Part shown: positions 27,815 to 37,871 of the stretch, one piece after another
Position numbering within the stretch: position 1 is the stretch's first letter
Layout: every line of letters begins with the position of its first letter
Source of the DNA: Synergistales bacterium
GTDB lineage: Bacteria > Synergistota > Synergistia > Synergistales > JAFGMB01
Assembly: GCA_963666205.1 (NCBI GenBank)
Contig: OY762654.1
Location: 1,632,001-1,696,000 of the forward strand
Direction of reading: 5' to 3'
Length of the DNA stretch: 64,000 nt
Program-made: the position numbers and the translations under genes
The notes under the pieces: model-generated
Database searches by the model: none
What the model was told of the DNA's origin: nothing
Seen by the model: the letters and a program-made list of their open reading frames with translations, nothing else

Positions 27815-30292
27815 ATGTCAAACACATTTTCGGGTCTTGAGATAGGCAGACGAGCGATGAATTATTTTAGACAGGGCATAGAGACTGCTGGTCATAACAT
27901 AAGCAATGCGGATGTTGAGGGTTATTCGCGACAGACTGTAGAGGCTTCTCCTTCAACACCTTTCACTGCTCCGGGTCTCAATAGCGGGGGGCAGCCCGGG
28001 CAGATAGGAACAGGAGTGGATATCGACGCCATTTCAAGGATCAGGGATTCATTCCTGAATTCCCAGTACTGTCAGGAATCCATTGAGGGAGGTTTCTGGG
28101 AGGCTGCCAGCAGAACCATGGAATATCTGGAGATGTTCATTGGAGAACCCTCGGATAGCGGTATTTCGGCGGTTATGGAGAATGTAAACCAGGTTCTGCA
28201 GGAGCTTCAGAAAACGCCTGATTCCAGCATTACCAGGGAGTCTTTCATAAGCGAAGTTGACAATCTCTGCAGTCTTATAAATCACACCTACAGGAACATG
28301 TCAGAATATCGTGTTTCCCTCAATCAGGAGGTGGAGGTAAAGGTTCAGGAGGCAAATGTTCTTATTGAAAGAATCGCATCACTCAATGGCCAGATAGAAA
28401 CGGTAATGGGCATTGGGAATAACCCCAATGATATTATGGATCAGAGAGACAAACTGGTGGAAGAACTTTCCGGACTTATCGATATCTCCGCCTACTCCAG
28501 CGGCGATAAGGGTGCTGTGAACGTAAGTCTGGCTGGAAGGTTGCTTGTACAGCAGAGCCAGAGCCGCCATCTTCTGCTTGTTCCACAGGAAGGAAACTCA
28601 GGATTTTACGATGTGCAGGTGGAGGACAACGAATTCGATTCTTCATCTCATCCCGAAACAGCCTCAGCAGCCATAGGAAGGGAAGCAGTGGAGGGCATTT
28701 ATAACATTGAGATAAGCAGGCCTGCAACAGAATCCTTGTGGGCCATAGGTAAGGGTTATGACACCGGTATTGCTGATTCAGCGGACACAGCCCTTGGTAT
28801 AGAAGGTTCCTTTTCGCTCCAGGTGGGAGTTGATGGTTTCAGGGGAGTATCTTCAAGCATTTCGGGGGGAGTTCTTCTGGAAGCTCCTTCGGGAAATTCA
28901 CCGCTTAACTACTCCTTCCGGATCGCTGCAGGTTCAGAGGAGCAGATAGCGACTATAAACTGGGACGATTCTACAGTCCCTGGACATTGGACCATTGACG
29001 GGACTGACGTGGGGAGTGAACTCGATCTCACAGAACTGAGAGATTCCATAAATAGCCTTTCCATGAACATTAATGTTTCTCTGAATGCTTCGGGAGATAA
29101 GATATTCTTTTCTGAAAATAATGGTTTCATGGTTTCCCTGACGGACCTGGAGGGGGACCTGGTTTCCGGTATGGGTTTCGAAAAAACCTCTCCCAGCGTG
29201 GACATTTCCATATCCGGTACAGATTCTCTTCAGACCGTAGCCAACAAGATCAATAGCTTATATGATATTACTTCTGGCGGAGGCCCGGATTCCCCCCATG
29301 AATGGTTGCATGCCAGCGTTGAGGAGGCAGGGGACGGTTCTTTCTTTCTCATGCTCGAGAGTAATTCCGTAGGGGAGAGTTACAGGATAAATGTTGGTTC
29401 TGCCGGCGGAGGAAGCCTTGAGATAGCCAGACTTCTCGGTCTGGTTGATGGAAATGGTGCAACAAAGATCATCAGGAATTCAAATGATGCCCTTCTGAAA
29501 GTGAACGGCATGGAGTACCTTTCCTCAGTTAACTCCTTCTCGGAGGCACGCCTCATAACCTCTTTCAATTCATACAGGGCAGATACCCTCCAGACTGTCA
29601 TACAGGGTGTGAAACTGGACATAAAGGAAAGTTCGACAGGATCTTCCACTGATATAAGGGTGGAGCGGCATGTGAATGGCGGTTTCATAGAGGGCCTGCT
29701 TCAGTCCAGGGATGATCTGGTAACGGGAGCAATGGATTTTCTCAACAGTTTAGCCATGTCCCTTTCAGATCAGTTCAATGCTGTTCATTATTCAGGACAT
29801 GGATCCGGAAATCAGAGTCAGACAACGGGAATATCACTTTTTGAGCCTCTTTCATCTAAAAATAATTCCGCCCTGTTCCTGGCAGTAAATCCCGAGCTTC
29901 TTGCCGATTCCAGACTCCTTGCCGTTACGGGAGACGACGGTCTGGGCTCAAGCCTGGGCAGCGGTGACGGATCAAGAGCCCTTCAGATGATCGGTTTCTT
30001 TTCGAACCCTGTTTTTGACGGAGGTGCATCAACTCTGGATGAATATTACATCTCCTTTGTTGCATCCCTGGGATCCCAGAGTCGGCAGGCCAGTATCATG
30101 TACGATAACCAGCAGACCCTTATGGATCAGATATCCAACCAGAGGCAGTCTATATCGGGAGTAAATATTGACGAAGAGATGATGGATATGGTCCAGTACC
30201 AGCAGTCATATCAGGCAATTGCCCGGTACATCACGGTTCTGGACGAGATGCTGGACATGGTTATTAATGGGATGGGGTTAGTGGGAAGATAA
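27815..30292 (+). CDS. flgK: Hook-associated protein FlgK (long form)
   Basis: GHNISNADVEGYSRQ, GQIGTGV, PNDIMDQRD, SGVNIDEEM. Confidence 0.95.
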   Translation: MSNTFSGLEIGRRAMNYFRQGIETAGHNISNADVEGYSRQTVEASPSTPFTAPGLNSGGQPGQIGTGVDIDAISRIRDSFLNSQYCQESIEGGFWEAASRTMEYLEMFIGEPSDSGISAVMENVNQVLQELQKTPDSSITRESFISEVDNLCSLINHTYRNMSEYRVSLNQEVEVKVQEANVLIERIASLNGQIETVMGIGNNPNDIMDQRDKLVEELSGLIDISAYSSGDKGAVNVSLAGRLLVQQSQSRHLLLVPQEGNSGFYDVQVEDNEFDSSSHPETASAAIGREAVEGIYNIEISRPATESLWAIGKGYDTGIADSADTALGIEGSFSLQVGVDGFRGVSSSISGGVLLEAPSGNSPLNYSFRIAAGSEEQIATINWDDSTVPGHWTIDGTDVGSELDLTELRDSINSLSMNINVSLNASGDKIFFSENNGFMVSLTDLEGDLVSGMGFEKTSPSVDISISGTDSLQTVANKINSLYDITSGGGPDSPHEWLHASVEEAGDGSFFLMLESNSVGESYRINVGSAGGGSLEIARLLGLVDGNGATKIIRNSNDALLKVNGMEYLSSVNSFSEARLITSFNSYRADTLQTVIQGVKLDIKESSTGSSTDIRVERHVNGGFIEGLLQSRDDLVTGAMDFLNSLAMSLSDQFNAVHYSGHGSGNQSQTTGISLFEPLSSKNNSALFLAVNPELLADSRLLAVTGDDGLGSSLGSGDGSRALQMIGFFSNPVFDGGASTLDEYYISFVASLGSQSRQASIMYDNQQTLMDQISNQRQSISGVNIDEEMMDMVQYQQSYQAIARYITVLDEMLDMVINGMGLVGR

Positions 30293-30310
30293 AAGATGGA
30301 TAAAAAAATA

Positions 30311-30344
30311 AAACGGGAGGGCTAATGATGAGCCCTCCGTTTTT
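30311..30344. terminator. Bidirectional terminator between flgK and fliS
   Basis: aaacgggagggct...agccctccgttttt. Confidence 0.75.
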
Positions 30345-30808
30345 CAGCAGGATATGTTCAGGCCGCCCCCCACAAGTTCAGGTGTGGCAAATCTCTCCTC
30401 TTCCTCTGTAGAGAGAGTGCCCTCTTTCAGGAGCCCATCCAGGGCCTTTTGCCAGCTTTCAAAAAGTTCTCCAAGCATAAACATTACCTTTTCTATTTTC
30501 CCCGTATCTTTTTTGAGGTTTGCAATTACAAGCTCGTTATGCATGAAGTCATAGAGTTGGTTAAGTCCATGGGACAGTTCTTCCGCCTTCTCAGGCCTGA
30601 GTGCGAACTGAAGTTCCCTGATGGCTCTCTGGGCTGTCTGAAGCTCTGCATTGGCTCTCTCAGCATTACTCTCCTCTATGGCCGCTATGGCTTTGTTACA
30701 GGCACCGATGGCGATCTCGTAGGTTAAGAGAAGGAGTTTTTCCCTGGGAGCGGAGAGAATCTCCTGGTGAAGATATCTGAGGCGAACGTTAGTGTCTTTT
30801 CCTTTCAA
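30344..30808 (-). CDS. fliS: Flagellin chaperone FliS
   Basis: ILSAPREKLLLLTYE, LNQLYDFM, ANLKKD, ELFESW. Confidence 0.9.
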   Translation of the reverse strand: MKGKDTNVRLRYLHQEILSAPREKLLLLTYEIAIGACNKAIAAIEESNAERANAELQTAQRAIRELQFALRPEKAEELSHGLNQLYDFMHNELVIANLKKDTGKIEKVMFMLGELFESWQKALDGLLKEGTLSTEEEERFATPELVGGGLNISC

Positions 30809-30831
30809 TTTGTCCTCTCCTTTCCAAAATA

Positions 30832-32274
30832 TCAGGCGATCCAGTGCAGTATACCCTTTTCAAGATCTATCCTGGCAAGGATGGGTCCATCCTCTTCAGG
30901 TTGAGGATTTTCGCAGTTCCATATTTTATGTCCAGAAAAGGTATTTCTTTCTTTTCCAGAATTACTTTCTCTTCCGTCATTTCCCACGTCCACGGAGAGA
31001 TCCCCAAGGGTTAAACCCTGCCTTTTCATGGCTTCCCGGAGAATGTCCTCCGAACCCTTTATAATATCTCCTGCCTCTGGTCTTTCCACGGTGAGATGGA
31101 CCTGAACTTTATCATCCGAGGTGTTAATGATTATCCTGACCTTTCCCAGTTCGGGTGGTTCCACCTGAAGGATGCCCTTTCTTTCTCCCTTTTCATTTTT
31201 CAGAAAGGATACCATGTGAGCCAGTCCTGCGCTTATTGCCCTTTCGCCTGATGTCTCCAGGGTTATGCTCTTATGTTCCCCCGCGGCTGAAACAATTGTT
31301 TTCCGGAGGTGGATTGTTTCGGGCAAATTTTCGAATATGGAGGAAAAGTCTCTTTCGGCTTTTTCCCCTGTTTCCCCTTTCTGAAAGGGTGCCTTTTCAG
31401 AAAGATGTTCATTTTTCAGAAAGATCTGCTTTTTAATGAACTTTTCGTTCACTTTATTAAGGAGTCCCTTATCAGGAAAAACCGTCTCTTCAGCCTTCTT
31501 ATCAACTGTGGATATTTCCATATTTCCTTCTTTCTGTTTTTTACCGGACTTTCCCCTAATTTCCCGGTGGCCACCTGATAGAAGGGAATCTTCTATGTTC
31601 ATCTTTACCGCTGATAGGATCTCTCCTGACAGCGCAGATTCCTCATTCCCGGGAGCGTTGTTTCCAGGGGGATTTTCCAGGGGCTGTCGGAGTATGTCCT
31701 TCTGGAGAGGGGCACAGTATTGAGAAAGAGCTATCTCTTCAGGGATGAAGTCTCTCTGTTTCTCGGGTTCAATCATTGTGTCTGCCTGATCAGGAACGAC
31801 AGGACTTTTCGTGTTGTGGGGGGTGGGCATCCCACGGTTTTCATCAAGGACAGCCAAGGTCTTCTCCAATCCCATCATTTCCGCTGATGAAAAAGCTTCC
31901 CTGTATCCTTCGGATTTCACAGTTTTGTAGACTGATCCTGTCAAGGCCTTCCCCCGATATCCTTGTTCAAACCATGGCTGGGTTTTCGTCTCAGGGCAAA
32001 GATCTTCGGGAAGTGTTTTTCCTGTCAATACATTTGGAAGGGAGAGGGGCTCCTGAAGTATCCCTTCCCGAAAAGATTCATCCTGTCCTACTGGATTAGA
32101 AATAGAAAAATTTTTCTCCTGCATTTCAAGAGTAAGGACCTTCTTGTACAGGGCTTCTCCAAAAGAGTTTTCTTCGTTCAAACCCTCCAGAGAGGCTTCT
32201 CCTTCATGACAGGTGTTCCTGTTCACCAATTTAGGGTTGTTTTCCGTCAGCATTACTGAATTCAAAAGATCCAA
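30832..32274 (-). CDS. fliK: Hook-length control protein FliK
   Basis: Low-complexity N-terminus; C-terminal LQVEPPELGKVRI...LREAMKRQGL. Confidence 0.85.
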   Translation of the reverse strand: MDLLNSVMLTENNPKLVNRNTCHEGEASLEGLNEENSFGEALYKKVLTLEMQEKNFSISNPVGQDESFREGILQEPLSLPNVLTGKTLPEDLCPETKTQPWFEQGYRGKALTGSVYKTVKSEGYREAFSSAEMMGLEKTLAVLDENRGMPTPHNTKSPVVPDQADTMIEPEKQRDFIPEEIALSQYCAPLQKDILRQPLENPPGNNAPGNEESALSGEILSAVKMNIEDSLLSGGHREIRGKSGKKQKEGNMEISTVDKKAEETVFPDKGLLNKVNEKFIKKQIFLKNEHLSEKAPFQKGETGEKAERDFSSIFENLPETIHLRKTIVSAAGEHKSITLETSGERAISAGLAHMVSFLKNEKGERKGILQVEPPELGKVRIIINTSDDKVQVHLTVERPEAGDIIKGSEDILREAMKRQGLTLGDLSVDVGNDGRESNSGKERNTFSGHKIWNCENPQPEEDGPILARIDLEKGILHWIA

Positions 32275-32412
32275 GTCAAAACCTCCCGGCTTTAAAGGCG
32301 TCTCTGTCCCTGTTTATTTTTCGGCCATTTTCGCTTCCGGGAATAGAGAGAGTTTCAAAAAAGGACCCCTTCAAAGGTCGAGGGAGTCCCAGATATTACG
32401 CTGCCAGGGGTA

Positions 32413-33858
32413 TCAGGAGTTGCTGGAGTAATCGAAGCTGGTGAGGCTCGAGAGGTATTCTGCTTTCTGGGTCATTTCAGCCAGGCTTGTCTCCATGTTG
32501 GCATAGAGGATTTCCAGGGAAGCTTTTTCCATTGCTAGCCTTGCTTCCAGGTTTTCTATCCTCTCGTCGATGTTGTTTGAGCTCCTTTCCAGAGAATCCA
32601 TACGATTGCTCAGGGACCCTTCCTTTGCAATGGTAGTTCCTACGGTAATGGCGGACTTGGAGATCATGCCTTCTGCAAAAGTCTTCATATCTGCAGCAAA
32701 CGAATTCATCAGTTCTTTCACAGCTGAGGGATCTTTGAGCATCCCCTCCATGAAAGCCGATTCGTTGAATTCAAGTTTTCCGCTTTTTCCGTAATCAAGA
32801 GATTCGGTGGCTATACCTATTGATGAAAGGATTTTGTATTGCCCGTCAACGGAATCGCTTCTGGATCTGCTCGCAATATATCTCATGTTCTGTTTGGTAC
32901 CCCATACCAGGGAATCTCCCCTGAGAAGGCCCCACCTTCTTTCCACATCTGACTTGGGATCCTCGGCAGTTTCTTCGTTCAGGCGAATGTTTATCCAGTC
33001 TATTGCTGCATTATAGGCTTCCATCATTTTCTGCACCGATGTGACTGATTTCTCTGCATCAAGCACCACGTCTACAGACGCAGACCCTTTTCCTGTTATA
33101 TCCAGAGTGAGTCCTTTGATTAGGTCATCTATGGTGTTGGAGGAACGGCTTATTTCAAGACCGTCCACTTTGATAATGGCATCATGGGCTGTCTGAAGCT
33201 CCCTTGCCAGGTTTCCGGTTTCATCCAGTACCCCAAGATCCAGGAGGATGCCGTCATCGTCTGTGGTACTTATTTTGTAATCCTCACCTGTCTCATTGCT
33301 GGTGAGGATCAGGGTATTATCCATTATCTTCGCGGAAAGGGGATTCCGGATGTCTTCTTCCGAAGCTTTCTCCTGCACCGCAATGTTGATGGCTGAAGCT
33401 ACATCGTTGAGACTATCTCCGGATGATATGTTTACGGTGATCTCGAAGTCTCCCACGGAAAGAGAAAAATCCCCTGAAAGTTCAAGGTCGGCTGAAGCGC
33501 TGTCCACCATGTTTCCTGCGATACTATGGTACCCAGCCACCGATAGGACTTCCATTTCATATTTACCGATCTCGGCCTCTGTGGATGCCGTTATGGAGAG
33601 AAAGCCCTCAGAACCGTCAAGTACATTTATATCCGCCGTTTTATCAAGGAAGGTGGATTCCATTCCAAGGGGATCCATACTGTCTCTGAGGTCATTCAGA
33701 TAAGTGTCCAGTTCTCCATAAAGAACCATTTTCCCCTGAATGTCCTCCTGTTCCTCAAGCCATTGGATCTCAACGCTCCTCTTGCTTGACATCATACTGT
33801 CGATAATGTCTCCCCAGTCGATGCCTGAGGATATACCCGTGATCTGAAGATCGGACAT
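32413..33858 (-). CDS. fliD: Filament cap FliD
   Basis: ITGISSGIDW, DAIIKVDG..ISRSSNTI, GLLRGDS, GKLEFNE. Confidence 0.92.
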   Translation of the reverse strand: MSDLQITGISSGIDWGDIIDSMMSSKRSVEIQWLEEQEDIQGKMVLYGELDTYLNDLRDSMDPLGMESTFLDKTADINVLDGSEGFLSITASTEAEIGKYEMEVLSVAGYHSIAGNMVDSASADLELSGDFSLSVGDFEITVNISSGDSLNDVASAINIAVQEKASEEDIRNPLSAKIMDNTLILTSNETGEDYKISTTDDDGILLDLGVLDETGNLARELQTAHDAIIKVDGLEISRSSNTIDDLIKGLTLDITGKGSASVDVVLDAEKSVTSVQKMMEAYNAAIDWINIRLNEETAEDPKSDVERRWGLLRGDSLVWGTKQNMRYIASRSRSDSVDGQYKILSSIGIATESLDYGKSGKLEFNESAFMEGMLKDPSAVKELMNSFAADMKTFAEGMISKSAITVGTTIAKEGSLSNRMDSLERSSNNIDERIENLEARLAMEKASLEILYANMETSLAEMTQKAEYLSSLTSFDYSSNS

Positions 33859-34010
33859 ATCTTATGTCCCCTTTCTTCTTTGATTGCTTCAGAAAATCTA
33901 TTTATAATCTGAATCACTCTTAACATTTAAAATCTCTTTGCAGATTCTTTCAAGTTTCCGGAAGAGATGGTCCTGACGCTGAATATTTCCTGAACCAGTG
34001 TTTTGTCCTT

Positions 34011-35009
34011 TCATCCCTTTTTCTGTGAAGAAGACTCCGATGGAAGAATATCCACTATGTTTGCACAAAGATTGCCTCTTCGATTTGAACCGAACGTGAC
34101 ATAAAATTTGGGTATTGGGCCCACATGCATAGTTCCCCCTTCGGTTATGGGGGTACCCAGGTTTATGACATCACCCGGAGAGAGGGTGCTGAGTTCCTCC
34201 AGAGTCAGGGTTGTATTTGTAAGTTCTGCCGTCAGATCGATGGAGACCTTCTCGATTTTTCTCGATAGTCTTGCCCTGTCCTCTTCTGAAAGGAATTGAT
34301 CTTTTGTTACGAACCATTCCTGGGGATTGAACCGTTCCATTACCGATTCCAGAGTATGGAAAGGGAGACAGAGATTCATCCTTTCTTCCACCATGCCCAC
34401 CTGTGCCTTTATATTAACAAGAAGGACCATTTCTGCCTTTGGTACTATCTGGACGAAAAAGGGATTACTCTCCTTGCCGAATAGACTGAAATGGATATTT
34501 TCTTCTATGGTTTTCCAGCTCGCGTCAAGCTCCTTCAGGATTCTTGAGAGAGTCCTGTCCACTATTACCCTTTCGAGGTCGGTGAACTCTCTTGCTGAAT
34601 TAATGGGAAGGCCCTTTCCTCCAAGCATCCTATCTATGAGTGCGAACATCAGGATTTGGTTTACTTCCAGTATGGCCTTGCCGTTAAGGGGAATTACGTC
34701 CAGGATTGCAAGAGTGGTAGGAGATATGACGGATCTTACGAATTCTTCATATGGGACCTGTTCCACGTTGGATATCTCAACTGATACCATGGATCTTGTC
34801 ATGGTGGACAGGGTGCTGGTCAGATATCTGGCAAAGCTTTCATGGAGCATCTGAACGGCCCTCATCTGGTCACGGTTGAATTTGTTGGGTCTTCGGAAAT
34901 TATATGGTTTTACTGCTTTTTCCGTATTTTCAGGCGGGCTGGAAACTTCTCCGGAAGCCAGAGCACCAAGGAGTTTATCTATTTCAGCCTGATTCAGTAC
35001 ATCAGCCAC
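34011..35009 (-). CDS. fliM: Motor switch protein FliM
   Basis: CheY-binding peptide LNQAEIDKLL, YNFRRPNKF, LGGKG, ESNPFFVQIV. Confidence 0.95.
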   Translation of the reverse strand: MADVLNQAEIDKLLGALASGEVSSPPENTEKAVKPYNFRRPNKFNRDQMRAVQMLHESFARYLTSTLSTMTRSMVSVEISNVEQVPYEEFVRSVISPTTLAILDVIPLNGKAILEVNQILMFALIDRMLGGKGLPINSAREFTDLERVIVDRTLSRILKELDASWKTIEENIHFSLFGKESNPFFVQIVPKAEMVLLVNIKAQVGMVEERMNLCLPFHTLESVMERFNPQEWFVTKDQFLSEEDRARLSRKIEKVSIDLTAELTNTTLTLEELSTLSPGDVINLGTPITEGGTMHVGPIPKFYVTFGSNRRGNLCANIVDILPSESSSQKKG

Positions 35010-35021
35010 GTAAGTTCCTCC

Positions 35022-35498
35022 TTACTGTACAACGAAGGATTTGAGAAGAACCCTTCTTATCGGACTGGATACCTTTGGCAGGGTGGGACCCACACTGTTA
35101 AGACGGGTGGTTATTGATTCGGAGAGTTTCAGAATTCCTTCAGAGTTCTGAAAAGCCTCCTGGCCATAACTGAGGGATTCGGAAATGACCTCGTTCCTGA
35201 AGAGGGCATTCCAGTATTCCTCGGAATTAAGGGTTTCAAGTACCTTCTGATTATGAAGTTCCAGGATCAGCTCAAAACTTACCAGACTTGGATCGGTGAA
35301 TTTGCCTCCCGGCAGGGAAAGATTGAACTCACCCAGATCAAATATGGGAAAAGCCCTGGTTTCCTCGGTTTTTAATGATTCCTCTCCCATCCCTGCCGCC
35401 ATGGTGCTGAAGAAGATACCTCCTGCAAATCCCACGGCAAAGACAAGTAAAAGAAAGATGCCTCCAAGAATCATTTTTTTGAAGTTTAGTTTTAACAA
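35022..35498 (-). CDS. fliL: FliL
   Basis: N-terminal TM helix, DLGEFNLSL, C-terminal SFVVQ; upstream of fliM. Confidence 0.8.
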   Translation of the reverse strand: MLKLNFKKMILGGIFLLLVFAVGFAGGIFFSTMAAGMGEESLKTEETRAFPIFDLGEFNLSLPGGKFTDPSLVSFELILELHNQKVLETLNSEEYWNALFRNEVISESLSYGQEAFQNSEGILKLSESITTRLNSVGPTLPKVSSPIRRVLLKSFVVQ

Positions 35499-35546
35499 AT
35501 TATCCCCTCCTGGAAAAGTGACACCCTTTCGCCTATACTCCTAGTA

Positions 35547-35577
35547 TAATAATCGGCTTTCACGCACCGATTCATTA
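35547..35577. promoter_or_regulatory. Overlapping divergent sigma28-type promoters
   Basis: Minus strand TAAT-N16-GCCGATTA; plus strand TAAT-N15-ACCGATTC. Confidence 0.55.
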
Positions 35578-35602
35578 ATGGAAACTGAAACAATATTTTT
35601 AC

Positions 35603-36817
35603 ATGCCGGAAGGGAGAGCATTCACCTTGCATCAGCCGCGAACTTTGTTACGGCTTTTTTCATATTTTTTATTTTTCCTGTTCCTCCTTCTGCCGCATTA
35701 TGTTCTTGCAGCCGAAAAAAACAGTCCTACAGCCTGCCATAGCTTGAAGGTTGCCTTTCTGGTGAGTGAGAGTAAAAAGGGTATTGCCCTTTCGCAGGCA
35801 GCAAGCCTTTTTCTGAACGAACTATTTCAGGAGGGCGGCACGAAGATAGAACCTCTTTTTATCAGGATGGGATCATCAGGCAATACATGTTCCTTCGAGG
35901 ACCTGCCGGGATTTCTTGAAGAAAAGGAAGTGGCAGTGGCGATATCTCTCCTTAGAGGTCCTGGTGTTTCCTGCCTGAATAATGTTTGTGGAAGGATCAA
36001 AATTCCAATTTTAATGACGTGGGCAGAAAGAATAGACCTGTCAGGGTATAGAGACGAAAACCCTCCCCTATTGTTTAGCCTTGATTTTCCGGAATCATTC
36101 AGGGCTTCAGCCATGACTTTATGGGCAAAAAGCAGTGAACAGAAGGATTGGTTGGTCTTTACGGATAATCTTGACAGAAGGTCAAAGAAGATGGACAAGT
36201 TGTCCTCGGATCTTTTCTTCACTAATAACATACAGCACAGGTCAATAAAATTTCTTCGAAACAGCCCATATGGTTTCATAAATTCTTCCAGAGAGTGTGT
36301 CACTTCCGGTTCAGAAAACCTCCTTTCCTGGCTCGCGTCTTCAGATACCATGATATTACAGCAAACAATCTTTTCCCTGGGAGCCTGTGTGAGGAGGCTG
36401 GTCTACGGAGGTCAGAAAGAGGACATATTACTGGGTGCTGACGGGATAACTGTCTTCAGTCAGGATCCATTTCCGGAAAATAAATTTACTGAGCAGATCC
36501 TTGATACTCTTCCTCAAAACCTGATGGACAGGATATCGTCCTCGGAGCTTATCAAGGTGAGAGCCGTCCTGGTATGGTTTTCCACGGCTCTGTCCGATCT
36601 TCAGGATAATCCTATTACCTCAGCGGATCTGGTCTCTTGTCTCGAGGAAGTAATCTCTATTTCCATGCCGGGTTTCTCCGTCAAGTTTTCCAGGGGTCTT
36701 CACTGGCCTGTTAGAAAGACTATATTCATTCTACACTCCAGAAATGGTCTATGGGTAGAGGAAGGAAGTCTGTTGATGGAGATGTCTCCAGATGGATCCT
36801 TTTCTATAGCCCGATGA
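35603..36817 (+). CDS. Exported protein, type I periplasmic-binding-protein-like
   Basis: Signal/TM segment followed by an alternating beta/alpha pattern (LKVAFLV..., KIPIL). Confidence 0.5.
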   Translation: MPEGRAFTLHQPRTLLRLFSYFLFFLFLLLPHYVLAAEKNSPTACHSLKVAFLVSESKKGIALSQAASLFLNELFQEGGTKIEPLFIRMGSSGNTCSFEDLPGFLEEKEVAVAISLLRGPGVSCLNNVCGRIKIPILMTWAERIDLSGYRDENPPLLFSLDFPESFRASAMTLWAKSSEQKDWLVFTDNLDRRSKKMDKLSSDLFFTNNIQHRSIKFLRNSPYGFINSSRECVTSGSENLLSWLASSDTMILQQTIFSLGACVRRLVYGGQKEDILLGADGITVFSQDPFPENKFTEQILDTLPQNLMDRISSSELIKVRAVLVWFSTALSDLQDNPITSADLVSCLEEVISISMPGFSVKFSRGLHWPVRKTIFILHSRNGLWVEEGSLLMEMSPDGSFSIAR

Positions 36818-37586
36818 AGAGAGGGATCATTTCGAGGAACCTGTCCACCTCAAGGGGTAGAAGCTGCTTTACCATGACAACGGCCAGTATGGACAGCAGG
36901 AACAGTGCAAGAAGGATCTTCACAGGAAAGCCAAGCATGAATATGTTCATCTGCGGTACTGTTCTTGCCATGAAACCCAGTCCCATTTCCGCAAGGAAGA
37001 GAACCCCGAAATAGGGAAGTACTATCTTTACTGAAAGGATAAAAAGTTCTCCTATCCACGTGTAGATTCCCTCTAAGGACAGCATGGAGATCATGGAGGT
37101 ACCTACGGGAAGTAAATTGAGACTTTCCACAACGGCCCGGGTCATGATCAGATGTCCCCCCAGATAGAACCAGAACCATGTTCCCAGAATGTATTTGAGC
37201 TGCCCTATGATAGCAACTTTTTGCTGCGAAAAAGGGTCGAGGATCTCTGCCATGGCAAAACCCATCTGCTGGCCTATAAAGCGTCCAGCCATCTGCAGAG
37301 CGTAGAGAGGGCTGGATGCCAGCACTCCCAACATAACGCCCACCAGTATTTCCCTTCCTGAAAAGATAAGAAAGCCTGCGGTGGTTAGAAGATCCTTCAT
37401 CTCCACCTCGGTGTCCTTCAATATTGGCATACAGGCGAGGGCAAGGGTAAGGGACATCCAGAACTTCACAGGTGTGGGCAGAGAGGTTCCAGAGAAGAAT
37501 ACAAGAGACGTCATGAGCCCGAGAAATCTCAGTGAGGTCAGAAACACTATAAGGATAAAGGGAATAAGTTCGTTATGAAAATCCAT
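36804..37586 (-). CDS. fliR: Export gate FliR
   Basis: AGRFIGQQMGF, RTVPQMNIFMLGFP. Confidence 0.93.
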   Translation of the reverse strand: MDFHNELIPFILIVFLTSLRFLGLMTSLVFFSGTSLPTPVKFWMSLTLALACMPILKDTEVEMKDLLTTAGFLIFSGREILVGVMLGVLASSPLYALQMAGRFIGQQMGFAMAEILDPFSQQKVAIIGQLKYILGTWFWFYLGGHLIMTRAVVESLNLLPVGTSMISMLSLEGIYTWIGELFILSVKIVLPYFGVLFLAEMGLGFMARTVPQMNIFMLGFPVKILLALFLLSILAVVMVKQLLPLEVDRFLEMIPLFIGL

Positions 37587-37591
37587 GGCCC

Positions 37592-37858
37592 TTAATTGAT
37601 GAAAGAGTTGAGGTTTCCCAGTACATCCACCGCCATTTTCAAGATAGGTCTAAAAATAGTTGGGCCAAGAAACAGGGTGCTCAGGATAACCACCAGTATT
37701 TTAGGAACGAATGATAGGGTCTGTTCCTGGATGGAGGTTGCCGTTTGGAGTATCCCGATAATAAGTCCTACTACCATTGCTGCCGCCAGAATGGGCAGAG
37801 CTGCCCATATGGCAGTCCAGACTGCATTGTTGAATAAAGCGGCCAGAGAACCATCCAA
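37592..37858 (-). CDS. fliQ: Export gate FliQ
   Basis: QTATSIQEQTLSFVPK. Confidence 0.95.
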   Translation of the reverse strand: MDGSLAALFNNAVWTAIWAALPILAAAMVVGLIIGILQTATSIQEQTLSFVPKILVVILSTLFLGPTIFRPILKMAVDVLGNLNSFIN

Positions 37859-37871
37859 GAGACCTTCCTCC

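Noticed and set aside
33870-34010. Possible cheD C-terminal remnant (IFSVRTISSG) between fliM and fliD
   Set aside because: Too short to support without a search
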